A DNA stretch of 64,000 nt from Hypanus sabinus (lineage: Eukaryota). The first letter of the stretch is position 1. Each line of letters starts with the position of its first letter. The position numbers were made by a program, and so were the translations under genes. Location of the stretch: positions 20,956,001-21,020,000 of the forward strand of contig NC_082710.1 of the NCBI RefSeq assembly GCF_030144855.1, in the 5' to 3' direction. The notes beneath the pieces are model-generated. The model made no database searches, had not been told where the DNA came from, and was given only the letters and a program-made list of their open reading frames with translations. Below are positions 1-12,151 of the stretch, piece after piece.

Positions 1-640
1 GAACCACGATGAGTGTGAGGCAGTGGTCTGTGAAATCAAATAAAACAATTACGAATTCCCGGACCCACTGTCAGGAGGGAGTGAGGTTGGCGCAAAGTTC
101 TGCAAAACGAGGTTAGAAGTCCGCAATCTGTATGCAACTGGGGCAGCGATCAGCAAAAAAAAAGTCGGTGCAAAGAGAGCCTGAAGTAACGGCGTGCGTT
201 GTTGGTGCTGCTGGTGTGTGAGAGCGAGATCGATGTTTTAAATTATATGTGTTCAGTTACTGGGAGTATAACAAGACCGGCTGGAGAATCCCGAGGCGAC
301 AGTCCCCAGTCAAAGCATCCTCTTTTTTTTTGCCTCGCCTACCCCCCACCCCCCGCTGAAGATAAGAGCTGGAAGCAAGTCGCCGCCGCAGCTTTCGCAC
401 TCAGGAGTGCGAGCTCTCCGCAAACACGGTGCGGGCAAGCAGCGAGGGGCACGGACAGGAGCTGCCCCTCCTGCACGGGGGGGGGGTGTTGGGTTGGGTT
501 TGGTGTGTGCCCCTCCCCTGTCGGGCTGAGAGAGGCGAGCAGCCAGGATCCCGAAGAGAAATCCGAGTTGGGCGGAGAGCCGAGCCGCGCCGAGCCGCTG
601 CTTCATTGACAGTCTGGCGGCTCCGGCTTGTTTTGGGGGG
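1..640 (-). other. EFNA5: Probable 5' UTR part of exon 1 of ephrin-A5; CDS would lie left of the window
   Basis: The GC/CCAAT cluster at 655-750 is consistent with a leftward TSS near 640. The identity is inferred only from the known vertebrate order FBXL17 then EFNA5 on the same strand; no ephrin coding sequence is seen. Confidence 0.55.
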
Positions 641-654
641 TCGGATCAGCTGGA

Positions 655-750
655 GGGGCGGGGCCCGGGCGGGGTGGGCGGAGCGCCGGCTCCTGCCTCC
701 AGCGCCGATTGGCCGGCCCTGGTCCCGCCCCCCAGACTCTCTCCGCCAAT
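655..750. promoter_or_regulatory. Proximal promoter: Sp/KLF GC boxes and two CCAAT boxes
   Basis: GGGGCGGGG 655-663, GGGCGGGG 667-674, GGGCGG 676-681, CCCGCCC 724-730, ATTGG 708-712, CCAAT 746-750. Confidence 0.75.
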
Positions 751-1366
751 ATCTGCACTCGTCCGAGGCCCGGCCAAGTCACAGCGCTGGCGGCGATGCC
801 GGGGCTCGGCGCTCGCTTGTCATCTCGCATCTTCTCAGCAGCCGGCATTTGCTTCCCATACCTCTCCAGCCTGGTTTGAGCAAACCGGTTCATTGCATCG
901 AAAAGAATTATGGCCCCTCTGATCTTCTCCAGGACCATCTGCCTTTGCAAAGATCGCGCCTTGACTGCTGATGAGAAACTCACCTGTTAGTAAACAAGCT
1001 AGGTAAAGGATGTGCCGCTTTTGGCTTTATGTGGACGGCTTTAAAATGTGGAAAAAATGCAGGCACAGATATACATTCGCTCCAGTGGAGAGTTGATGTT
1101 AAATGTCCCGCATCATTAGTTATAAATCCTTTCAAAATAAAACCACAAGAGCAGCAGTGAGGCAGATCACTTTCACTTGTCACCACAGCTGCCATCACAT
1201 CACCCAGCTTTGCTCCAACACGCAGTCTATCGAATTTAGCCAGGACGAGTGCTGGCCCGCTCTTTCGTCTCCCTTGTTTATTCGGGAATGTGAATTTGTC
1301 CGCCTCACTCAGCCAGCCCTCGTGATTGAATTTACAAATGGGAGCCGCCGGTTAGACGGCTCCAAC

Positions 1367-1380
1367 GCGCCCCCTGGCGG
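1367..1380 (-). promoter_or_regulatory. CTCF core motif
   Basis: gcgccccctggcgg reads CCGCCAGGGGGCGC on the minus strand, matching the canonical CTCF core; it lies at the edge of the CpG island. Confidence 0.8.
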
Positions 1381-2269
1381 CGTCGCCACCTACTGCCGCC
1401 GCGACCCCGGGAGAAACCTTCGCCACAGTCCCACCGAGATAAGCCAAGGAAAAGTTCAGTCGATACAAATCTGAATATCGAGCTATATAAAACCAAAGTT
1501 CACGACATAAAAGAAAATTAGCTAGCAATATCAGCACCCCTCTCCCTGTCTACCGTATATTGGCTTGAAAACTTGGGGTTTTGATGAAATGTCATCAAAT
1601 TCTATTTCGTATGTTTTATCATGGTCTGAAACAATTTTAGATGGAACTGAAGATATATGGACCCAATTTTAATAGAATCATTAATCTAAAAATAAAACTG
1701 GAAGAGCTTGATAGCTTTGATTTCACAAGCTAGGCAAAGTTGGGTACTTAAGAGGAGAAGTTTGATCTGATGCAGAACCATAAATGGTGGTAATAAATCG
1801 CCTGCTGATTTTTATATCCCTCGCTAGAATTGAACTTGCCGGGAAATTAATGTCATTTTCCATATAGTTAAAGGAATGTAAAAAAAAATAAAGCAGATGT
1901 TGAGAGAAATGATGGAAGGGGTCAGATGTAAAGTGTGACAGAATATAAACATTGTCAGAGACTGTTTCTGTGACTTCAGAAGGTTTAGAGACAGGTATGT
2001 TACTGGAATCACTGTTGAGGCTGCAGAAGTAATAGCAACGGCAAAGAACAGTGGGAAATCAACAAAGATGGCAGAGGAGTCGAGGGTCAATTAAGTTTAC
2101 AGTCTGTGGATCTTCTTGAATTGGGTGTTTTCTTCCTCTCAGGCAGACCCTCAGAATTGTGGCTGACTTGCTTCCACTCAGGTTTTGAAGATTCTAGGAC
2201 GGCTACGAAGGCCAATGTGGAAGAGCAGGCTCTTCAGCACATCAAGTTTGCACCACCATTTTGTCGAGG

Positions 2270-2660
2270 CTGATTTATTATCCCCATCAATCACATTTTC
2301 CTGCCTTTTCCCCTGTAACCTTTAATGTCCTTACTGAATCAAGAACCTGTCAACCTCCTCTTTAAATATACACAATGACTTTGCCTCTACAGCCATCTGT
2401 GGCAATAAATTCCATGGATTCACCACCTTCTGGTCCTGGACTCACCCACTATAGGAAACATCCTCACCATTCTATCTAGACCTTTCAATGTTCAATGATA
2501 GGTTTCAGTGAGTTTCCCTCCTCATTCTAAACTCCAGCAAGTACAGGTCCAGAGCCATCAAACACTCCTCATACATTTGATGGCTCGGAACCTGTTCTTT
2601 GGCCCTGGATGCTTTCATCCTGAGATCATTCTCGTAAACCTTCTCTGGACCCTCTACAAT
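2270..2660 (-). mobile_element. CR1 LINE 3' fragment (decayed)
   Basis: Matches the CR1 3' ends at 29900-30700 and 45563-46205 (e.g. aagaacctgtcaacctcc, gattcaccacc, cagagccatcaaa). Confidence 0.75.
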
Positions 2661-2664
2661 GCCA

Positions 2665-2990
2665 ACACAGTCTGCCACAAATGGGGCAGGAGGTCTCCAA
2701 CAGGGCACATTGTGAGGCGGGCCATTCCTTCTGTCTTTGGTGTTTTCCCAGTGCATGGATCTTAATACCATCCTGAAAGCTCATTCTCCACTTTGAGTGG
2801 TCATGGACTGGAGGTTCCCAGGTACAGTGGTAGTGTTTCACGTGATTCTCAGATGTACTTGAGGTCTCCTTAAAGAAATGAAACACCACCACTGATTCCT
2901 GGGAACCTGTTACTTTGAGATGGGCCACGTCATTCGATTCTCTGACACCAGACACTCGACTCCATGTCTTATCAAAGGAAGAGATTCCAG
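2665..2990 (-). mobile_element. RTE-clade LINE ORF C-terminal fragment
   Basis: Translation WEPPVHDHSKWR...CPICGR resembles the RTE C-terminal 'WE.LA.DRSKWR' motif followed by a Cys motif. Confidence 0.6.
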
Positions 2991-3074
2991 GTGGACAGAG
3001 AAAAAGATTGCCAGATGTCGTCAAGACCTCCGTAAAAATGTTCTCTGTCCACCTGGTAGCCTGTTTCTATAAAT

Positions 3075-4140
3075 CACTCAACACATCCAAAACGCTGGAG
3101 GAACTCAGCAGGTCCGGCAGCATCTATGGAAATGAATGAATAGTTGGTCTTTCAGGCAGATACACTTCATCAGCACCAGGATGGAAAGGGGTAGGTGCCA
3201 GAATAAGAAAACAGGGAGTGGAAGGAAAACAAGCTGGAAAGTGATAGGTGAAGCCAGGTGGGTGGGGAAATGGGATGAAGTAAGAAGCTGGAATGTGATA
3301 GGTGGAAAATGCAAAGGGCTGGAGAAAAAGGAATCCGATAGGAGAGTGGACCATGGGAAAAAGGGAAGAAAGGGGAGCATCAGGGAGAGGTGATAGGCTG
3401 GTAAGGAGACTAAAATGGGGAGTTGAAATTGTGGGAGGAGAGAGGAAAAAAAATGACCTGAAGTTGCTGAAATCAATGTTGATGCCATGAAGTTGGAGGC
3501 TATCTCGATGGAATATGAGATGTTGCTCTTCCACCCTGACAGTGGCCTCATCGTGGCAGAAGAAGAAGCCATGGACCAACATGCCGGAATAGGAATGGGG
3601 ATAGGAATTAAAATGTTTGGGCACCGGGAAATCATGCTTTTTGTGGATGGAGTGGGGGTGCTCAACAAAGTGATCTACCAATCTTTGGCGGGGCCCACCA
3701 ATGTAGAGGAGGTGGTATCAGGAGCCTCAGATACAGTAGACGATCCCAACAAATCGCAGGTGAAATGATGCCTCACCTGGAAGGATTGTATGGAACTCTG
3801 AATAGTTGAAGGCAAAGTTGATTAAATTAAATTGATTAGCTCAGGATGGGTGCACAAAGTAGCACGAACTCATTGGTTCAAGACGATTACACCAATGCAA
3901 TCGTCAATGTAGTGGAAGAAGAGTTGGTTAGCATTACCGGGGACTGCTTGGAACATGGACTGTTTCATGTAGCCAGTGCAAAGGCAGGTATAGCTGGGGC
4001 TCATGTAGTTGATCATGGCTACACTTTGAATTTGGAGAAAGTCAGAGGAGCCGAAAGAGAAATTGTTGCAGGTGAGGACCAGTTCCACCAGATGGAGGAG
4101 TATGGTGGAGGGGAACTGGTCAATGTCTGTTGTGGAGAGC
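3075..4140 (-). mobile_element. Penelope-like element remnant (RT, GIY-YIG endonuclease, 3' tail)
   Basis: ORF 3870-4088 (ELVLTCNNFSF...LQIQSVAM..YMSPSY...FFHYIDDCIG) carries the PLE RT motifs including YIDD. ORF 3124-3681 (DHFVEH...FPVPKHFN...EEQHLIF..SLQLHGINIDF) is the GIY-YIG C-terminus. A degraded ribozyme motif lies at about 3140-3178. Confidence 0.9.
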
Positions 4141-4442
4141 TATGAATGATTCATCTAGGTTATGGTATCATTAGTGGTTGTTGCAGTTGTATAAAATAAA
4201 AATTGTAAGTGATGAGTGTTAAGATATTTCAAGATATAATTAATTGTTAACTCCTCTATTTTGGTAGAGGCATTGTCTAAATTGCATTTATCAAGCATTA
4301 CACTGATGATTTCAACATATCTTTGTTGACGTGCACTTTGCCGGTTTTTGTATTAGTCCTAATAATTGCTACATTTGTAATATTCTGTGAATTATCTTTA
4401 TTATTCGCTTCTTTAAAATTAAAATACAAGTCATTATTGGCT

Positions 4443-4540
4443 GGGTCTCAGCCCAGCACATTGACTCTTTATTCCCCTCCACAGATGCTGCCTGATTTTG
4501 TGTATGTTACTCTGTATTTCCAGCATCTGCAGAATCTCTT
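4443..4540 (+). mobile_element. Short Penelope tail copy starting inside the ribozyme motif
   Basis: gggtctcagccc...ttgact...cagatgctgcctga...tttccagcatctgcagaatct. Confidence 0.7.
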
Positions 4541-6769
4541 CTATTTAATAATTATTGACACTGATCTGAGATGACTGTTTTGAGACAAATTCATGCTGAT
4601 ATAAAGTCTGGGTGGCAGCAACAGGGTTGAATTGAATCCATTGCCACAGAGGGCACCTGCAGCAGCAGCTAAATCCATCCTGCTGGTCTCCAAATGGGCT
4701 GCACCAAAGTTGGCCATAATAACCTGGAGAGGACCTGTAAATCATGAAGTTTTATGGCAGTAACTTGAGTCAATGAGCCACATTTCAAACTTCTACTCTC
4801 AACTTGCAAATCATGGAGGGAATGAAGTATTCCTCAGCCACCCTAGAATTCGTCAACTGGCTATCAAACTGCAATATATGATCTTAATTAAACGTCTCCC
4901 TCTTATCTATCCCCACCAAAAAGGGGAATGTATAAGCATATATTTTTAATCTGAAACTTTATAATTTCTGCATACTGTTGGTTAGTTGTACTTATTCTTA
5001 TCAGATAACTGATCAATAACTAGCAAGGTTGCAAAATATGTAAGAATATTTTAATCGCTAGGAGTTACATCGTTGGCATATTATTCCATTTTAATTATTT
5101 GGCTGTTCTCATTCCATTTTCTAACAATGATTCTAATCGGAATTTCTGGAATACTGATAACAGCAAGTATACATAAGGAAAATCTGTTAAAATGATTTAT
5201 TTTATTGCACATAGCATAAATCACATCTAGCAGTCCTATCTATATAAAGTGTTAATACACAAACAATATTCACATTCTCCTAATCTGATCAAAAATTTCA
5301 ATTTAAACAGAAGTCTCCAAGATAGACTTAACTCCATTTTCCTATAACTCTGCTACTTGGAATAATTTTAGCCAATAACAATAAATATGAAGCGTAGATT
5401 CTTTTTGCAACCATCTACTGATTAGTTCGCAATAAATCTAGAATGATTATTTCACTGTCTGGTTGTCTAAAGTAAATGTCATCATGGATCATGAGCATGG
5501 AAGATATCAACAATTGGCGCCTACACTGAAGACCATTGCAGCCACAGAAACCAAATAAAACTTGCCCCAGAAAATGAAAACAGTATATTTTCTAATGAGT
5601 AGAAGATATCGTGCAGTGATGTCAAGGGTGTAATCAAATCCCAGAGCGGGATGACAGCTATTAACCTTTGGAGCCTCAGTCTTGTGGTTTGTGATGTCAT
5701 CTGAACCACTTGATTAGATTACTCCCTTGTAATCACTGTATTTAAAAGGCTCTCTAATTGTAAAGTGTGTCCCAGGGCACGCTTACTATTTGAACTCCTT
5801 TATTTTGTTTGACATGCCAGCAGACTTGACATAAGTTTGGATATTTTGAAGAAAAATATTTTCATTGTTGTCTTAAAAGTTCCCAAAGGCAGTCTGTATA
5901 CCCAGTAAATATGCAAAAGGCCACACTTATAACAGTACAATGAAGAATACAGACCAAGTTGGCATAATCAGAACCCAAAGATAAATTGTGATTGTGTTTA
6001 TTATATTGACATGCAGTTTGTGTGTGTGCGTGCATTGCTAGCAAAGTCAATATTATTGCTCATCCTATTTTCCCATAATAATGGAGCAATGAGCCCCCTC
6101 TTTGAACAAAAATGCAGTTATTTTAGTAAAGGTGTTCCCTCTATACTTTAAGGAATAGGCAATTCCAGGGTCCGACCAACAGCAAAGAAATGGCAATACT
6201 TCCAGGTCACAATGAGGAGGGTAACCTGCAGGTGGTGGTGTTCTCCTGAACCTAGTGCCCTCATCGTGATGACAGAGGTCACAGTTTTAAGAGATGTTCT
6301 TTGTGCATGCAGCTCATGTTACGTTACACATGGCCAAATTAGAAAAGGAAAATGAAGAGAATTGTTACACTCTAATTAGTGAAATAAATAAGAATATCAG
6401 AGTTATTGTTTTAAGATGTTTCGATAATCAGTTTGTATATTGAAGCATAGAGGAATCCTGTAGAGAAATGGGAATTAAGTTCCAAAAGTACATACATCAT
6501 TCCAGAAACAGTAAATCAGGAGGGTCACAATAGGAGGTGTTGCTAAATCTGGGTACAAATGGTGACATTGATCAAGTAGCTGCTCTAATTGTAGGAAAAC
6601 GCCTTGGCAAAGTTGCTAACAGTGGATTAAGGTTTAGAAGTTAAAATGCAACCAGATGGATGATAGTTAAGTACAAAAAGTGGAACATCCGTTAAGATTA
6701 GCAGAGGTGTTTTAAAGATAGGAACTAGCTGGGTCATTTGAGGTGAAGAAAGAGCAGGCACACAGAAGT

Positions 6770-7065
6770 ATAGAATGCAGAACATCACAGTACAGTACAG
6801 CCCTTTTAGCCCACAATCTGTCAGCCGACCTTTCAACCTTCTCTAAGATTGATCTAACTCTTTCCTCCTTCATAGCCCTCCATCTTTCTATCATCCATGT
6901 GCCTATCTAAGAATTTCTTAAGTACCCCTAATGTATCTGTCTTTATCACCACCACTCCTGGCACCCACCACTCTCTGCATAAAAACTTACCTCGGACATC
7001 CCTCCTAGGCTTTCCTCCAATCACCTTAGATTTATACCCCCTTGTATTAGCCATTTCCACCCTGG
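6770..7065 (-). mobile_element. CR1 LINE 3' end
   Basis: TRGYKSKVIGGK.RRDVRGKF...DTLGVLKKFLDRHM followed by the CR1 tail (gggctgtactgtactgtgatgttct). Confidence 0.85.
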
Positions 7066-7359
7066 GGGAAAAAAGTCACATTCTTAAAACATTTAAAATG
7101 TACTAAACATCTTAATGTTTAAAACATAAAAAATGCTTTAAAACATAATTATGAAGATACCAGATAAGTGCATTTCAATAAAAATGAAACATACTGTCAT
7201 TATTGAAGTACTATAGATAAATGAAAATGTTAGAAATGAATAGCTTTTGGATTATAAAATATTAATATTGAAAATATAAACATAATTTGAGCAAATTATA
7301 TTTACTATGAGGAAAGGAAATATCTGGTGGCTCCTTTTTTTTGTTGCTAGTTTGAGTGC

Positions 7360-7638
7360 TTTTGAATTGGGTCAGCCTGCTGACAGTGAACACTGAGCTA
7401 AACTGGAATATGCCTTTTGGTTTTGTGTTTCATATCCTGTGTTTTCACTCATTTTTGTTGCCGTTTGCACGACTTGGTTTTTTTTTGTGCGTGGGGAGGG
7501 AGGTTGATGTTTTTTTTTTCTTTGAACGGTTCCACGGTTCTTTGTTTTGGGGCTGTCTGTGGGAAGACATACCTCAGGGTTGTATACTGTATTCATACTT
7601 TGCTAATAAATGTTCTTTGAATCCTTGAACCCTTTGAA
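7360..7638 (+). repeat. Non-autonomous retroposon 3' part with AATAAA and (CTTTGAA)-type tail; related copies at 22230-22490 (+), 34125-34310 (-) and 7740-8055 (-)
   Basis: The ending gaaga..a.ctca.ggttgtata...catactttg.taataaatg..ctttgaa is shared among the copies. Confidence 0.6.
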
Positions 7639-8055
7639 TATATATAAGGGAAGCCTCTGAAGGTTGCACTTGGAAGATAATTATATAGGACCATGGTGTA
7701 TGGATTAATGTTTGGTGTAGAGACAGACCTTATTTAAAAAGGTTCAAATTGTTCCATTTTAATATCAGAGAATGTGTACAGTATACAACCTGAAATTCTT
7801 ACTCTTCACAGACATCCATGAAAAACAGAAGAGAACACTGAAAGAACGAAGGACAGAAAAATATTAGAACCCCAAAGCCCCCTCTCACCCCTCCCCCATG
7901 CAAGCATCAGCAAAGCATCAATCTACCCCCTCCCTCACCTATTTCAGAAAAATGCATCAGTGCCCACCACCCACCATGCAACAGCAAAGCTCCCCAAGGG
8001 AGACCATAATGTGCAGTCAACAAAAATTTCTGTTGACCTGACAATATGACATGCC

Positions 8056-8060
<5 letters not shown>

Positions 8061-8130
<70 letters not shown>
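8061..8130. repeat. (CT)35 microsatellite
   Basis: Perfect dinucleotide run. Confidence 0.98.
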
Positions 8131-8134
<4 letters not shown>

Positions 8135-8533
8135 AACAAGGGACAGAGAGATATCACCCATTTCACAGCAAAAGGGATGACCAACAAACGGTCGCTGTTA
8201 AGATGTTACAATCTACCTTTTATTTTGAGATTCTGCACCTCAAGAATCAGCAGCAAACCCTCCCCACCATCAAAAGAGAGAGAGAGAGAGTGAACCCTCA
8301 ACTACAGAAACCTCTGTCCCCAACACCCGCCACCTCAAAATCCTGACACCTTCTCCCGTGAATATAGAAAACCTTCTAGATTGTAGAAAACAGAGTAGGA
8401 GTGAAAGCTGCTTCTAATGCAGTTCTTGAAAGTAGGGAGAGAATTCTGTTCTGGAGGCAATTCCTCTCACTGTACAAATCAATAATTCAGATGTCTTAGA
8501 AGGGAATGTTGATTTGATATGGAGGTGACAAGT

Positions 8534-8635
8534 ATAGTCCTGATGAAAGGTCTCCATCCAAAATGTTGACTATTTATTCCTCAACATAGATGCTGCCTGA
8601 CCTGCTGAGTTCTTCCAGCGTTTTATGTGTGTTGC
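8534..8635 (+). mobile_element. Short Penelope tail copy beginning exactly at hammerhead stem I (ribozyme core mutated)
   Basis: ATAGTC-CTGATGA-aaggtctccatcc-AAAA-tg-tt-GACTAT, then the common tail atagatgctgcctgacctgctgagttc. Confidence 0.8.
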
Positions 8636-9424
8636 ATAACAATTCTCTGAAAGACCAAAGGAAATTACGTAGTTGAGTAAATCAGCTTAAGGAGTGCAGG
8701 GGTACATTTCAGCTAAAGAATAGAAACAACACTCTAACCAGAAATAGTTTTGATGGTACGGTATGATTACAGATCACAGTAAACTGTGTGTATGATTATG
8801 CAGAAAATTAAAGGCCTCATCCCTGATAAGATCATGACAAATCACATTGATTTATAGGTTTTATTTCATACGGTGCATAGAATATAAAACTCATAAGGTA
8901 TCAGTGAACTTATGGAGAACACAAATAAGACTTTAATTAGTGAACTATATGACATCTCGAGTTCCCCATATCTCTGCAGTTCTCATATAAGATATAATAT
9001 GACTTCAGAGAGAGAGTACACTGCAGCTTCATTAGGATGGTGCTTGATGTGAGGAAATGCAAAGATAAAGAAGATCTGGATAAATTGCATATTCATTCAT
9101 TAGAACCAGGAGACTTCTGAACACGTTACTTATGACAGGGCCAGTAGCATTATACTGGTGTATATTTAACAATAAGTCATGTAAGCACTTTATGTCAACT
9201 TTTGCATCTACAAATTTGTTATTATTTGCTAATATGACCATATAACTTATTGTGTTAATATTATTATATGTGTTGTATGTACTGTGTTTTGCACCTTGCT
9301 CTGAGAGAAACATTGTTTCATTTAGCTGTACACATGTACAGTTGAATGACAATAAACTTAAACTTCAACAATCTGACAGAAGTATTTCAATTTATTACTG
9401 GAAGCAGAAGTCAGGACATCACAG

Positions 9425-9570
9425 GGGCAGAGTGAGATGAGCAGGTGCCTTATAGGTCCAGTAACCCACATTCGGTTCCTACCTCAGGTGCTGTCTGTGT
9501 GGAATCTGCACGTTCTGTGACAGTGTTCATTTCCTCCAGGTGCTCTGCTTTCCCTTCTCATTCCAAAAAT
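9425..9570 (+). mobile_element. tRNA-derived V-SINE (HE1-like), decayed
   Basis: Core ctgtgtggaatctgcacgttct...tttcctccaggtgctctgctttcccttctcattccaaa. Confidence 0.65.
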
Positions 9571-9927
9571 GTTCTGTTTCTGTTCTCTTTCTCTCTTTAT
9601 CTTCCTTTCTTTTTTAAAAATTTCTCACTCTGTCTCCCTCCCTCCCTCTCCCTTTCCCTCTCTCCCCCTCTCAGGGATTTAGAACAGAAAATGAGAAAAC
9701 TTTATTTAGACAAATATTGGGTTCCAGCATTCAATCTGTAAAAACAGTAGTAAATGAATGCAGTAACTAATTTGAAGAAAGTGCAAGTATTTTGATAGGA
9801 TGGACAGGTAAAAGTTTTGAAGAGCTTTTTAGAACTTCTCAGGTTAAAGACAGATGTAAGACCATGATCGCCCACATCATACTTCACGGCACACAATGGT
9901 GATGGTGGTTAAAAAGTGATTACTGTT

Positions 9928-10350
9928 GTGCAGATGCTGGAAATCCAAAGCAACACACACAAACTGCTGGAGGAACTCAGCAGGTCAGGCAGCATCTATG
10001 GAAATGAATTAATAGTTGACGGTTCAGGCCAAGACGCTTCTTCAGGACTGGAAAGGAAGCGGGGAAGAGCCAGAATAAAAAGGCGAAGGGAGGAGGAGGA
10101 GGCCAGCTTGAAGGCGATAGGTGAAGCCAAGTGGGTAGGAAAGGCAGAGGGCTGCAGAAGAAAGAATCAGATAAGGGAGGAGAGTGGGCCGGAGGAGAAA
10201 GGGAAGGAGGAGTGGACTCAGGAGGAAGTGATGGGCGGGTAAGTAGAGTGAAAGGCTAGAGTGGGGAATAGAAAAAGAGGGGATGAAGAGGAGAAAAAAT
10301 TATCAGAGGGAAAAATTGATATTCGTGCCACCTGGCTGGAGGCAGTCCAG
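9928..10350 (-). mobile_element. Penelope 3' region with ribozyme motif (10013-10050)
   Basis: Same tail and purine-rich tract as 3075-3500; minus strand reads CAGTC-CTGAAGA-agcgtcttggcct-GAAC-cg-tc-aacta. Confidence 0.85.
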
Positions 10351-11039
10351 ACTGAGATGATATGAACAATCAAAGTGTTCATGAGTTGGATGTAAACTGC
10401 AGTAAGAAGTAGTAATAGTAAGTTCAATCACTTGAGTTAAGCATGATGTTCTCCTAAGGGGTTGTCTATTGGTGGGTCAGATACAGATCTGGGATCCACA
10501 TACTCTGGTGCAGGGTAGACAAGAGTAAGTGGTGGCTGTATTTAGTAGTGGGCTCTTTTGGTTTGTTCATTCTCTCCTTTCACAGCTGCTGCTTGTTCTC
10601 TGTGACACAGCAGAGATCGTTCTTGTGCAGCTCCCTCTTGAACAGGTTCCCTCCAGGTGTATCTCCCGAGTGTAATATCTTCCCAGGTTTTCGATGTCAT
10701 GTTGAAGTTCATCAGGTATTATCTTCAAAGGGGCTTGCTGACCCTTCAACTGAGAGTAAAGGATCTATTGGGGAGACGTGAATTAGGCATCTGGTTCTGC
10801 ACTCACTGCAGGAAGTGCCTTCACTCTTTCAGTACTCCTCAAATATAGGTACCATGCTCAGCATCAATCAGAGATTCATATAAAACTTCCATTTCTGAGC
10901 TATTCCAGTCCAGGTCGCAATCCCTGATTCTTGAGCAGAGTTTATAATTTTTGATTTATTTTTGTTATTCGCAGTTTTGCATTATTAAACTCAGCAGCAC
11001 AGGCTTCTTCCTCATTGCACCTCCGACACCACATGGTGT

Positions 11040-11480
11040 CGCCAAGCAAAATGTCCTTAAACAGCAGCAGGTCGCAGACTGATCAACAGGGTTCACAGCT
11101 CAGGAAGGCTTTTCGCACAGCGAAGAACAGGATCACGGGAAGCTGCAGAGTTAGACACTCAGCCAGCTCCGTCAAGGGCAGCTCTCCCCACTAATGGGGA
11201 CATCTACAAGAGGCGAAGCCTCACGAAGGTGTCAGGCATCATTAAGGCCCCTCACTATCCACGACATGCCTTCTCGTTACTACCATCAGGGTAACAAGGC
11301 CTGAAGGCCCACACTCAACATTTTAGGAACAGCTTCTTTCCCTCCTCTCTCAGATTTCTGAACTGTCCATGAACCCAAGGAGACTACCTTGTTATTCTTC
11401 TTTTGCACTATTTATTTATTCTTGTAACTTATAAATTGTAATGTCTCGCACTGTATCACTGCCACAAACCAACAACTGCC
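11040..11480 (+). mobile_element. Rex1/Babar LINE 3' fragment
   Basis: Similar to 15820-16290 (aagctgcagag, actaccatcagg, cctgaaggcccacactcaac, aacagcttctt). Confidence 0.75.
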
Positions 11481-11486
11481 ATGCCA

Positions 11487-11610
11487 AAAGGTCAGGCAGC
11501 ATCTAAGGAGGAGAATAAACAGTTATCATTACGGGTCCAGTACCTGATGAAGGGTATTGGTGTGTAATATCAACTGTCTTTTCTCCTCCATAGATGCTAC
11601 CTGAGCTGAT
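11487..11610. mobile_element. Fold-back (inverted) Penelope tail pair centred on the ribozyme motif
   Basis: Left arm ggtcaggcagcatctaaggaggagaataaacagtt is the near reverse complement of right arm aactgtcttttctcctccatagatgctacctga; cctgatgaaggg lies at the centre. Confidence 0.75.
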
Positions 11611-12072
11611 GGCATTACAGACCAAGTCTCTACATCAGGCCTGTAACGTTGACTGATTATTCCCCTCCATAGATGCTGCCTGACCTGCTGAGTTCCTCCA
11701 GCATTTTACTCTGAATTTCTAGCATCTGCAAAATCTCTTAGATCATAGAGAAGTGAAAATAGATGAAAGTAAAAGGAGGCTGTTAGAGAAGAACAAATCT
11801 CATGCTGGAACCACAAGTTGTCGTGTCAACAGTTGCTGGAGATCTGAAATAAAAGAGAATGCTTGAATTCCTCAGATAACGTGCACAGAGGCAAAAAAAG
11901 TTAATATTACAAGTGGAATATCAGAACTAATGGTTGGAGTGTTGTTTCTTGACCTTATAGAGGGCTTCACTGGAACAGCACCAAAGATAAAAGAGGTCAC
12001 AATGGGAATGGGATGGAGTTTTATATCGCAGAAGGATGGAAGCCTGGGGTTGTCCGTCTGAACTAATTAAAT

Positions 12073-12151
12073 CAAGGGTTCCCAACCTTTTTATGCCATG
12101 GACCAATATCATTAAGCAAAGTGTCCGTGAACCTGAGGTTGGGAACCCCTG
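12073..12151. mobile_element. 79-bp hAT/Charlie-type MITE
   Basis: TIRs caagggttcccaacct / aggttgggaacccctg; the 8-bp flanks are only partly matched (aattaaat / aactgaac). Confidence 0.8.

Larger units (their letters stand above)
1..1450. promoter_or_regulatory. CpG island / promoter region of a minus-strand gene
   Basis: Visibly GC- and CpG-rich compared with the AT-rich, CpG-depleted rest of the window; free of recognisable repeats; contains GC boxes, CCAAT boxes and a CTCF motif. Confidence 0.9.

Noticed and set aside
199-983. Overlapping long ORFs (136-180 aa) in the CpG island as protein genes
   Set aside because: Low-complexity Gly/Arg/Pro/Ala translations on both strands are expected in GC-rich promoters; no recognisable domain.
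3487-4145. Plus-strand ORFs 3487-3768 and 3846-4145
   Set aside because: Antisense shadows of the Penelope RT/endonuclease frame.
7907-8293. ER- and SL-repeat ORFs
   Set aside because: Translations of the (CT)n microsatellite.
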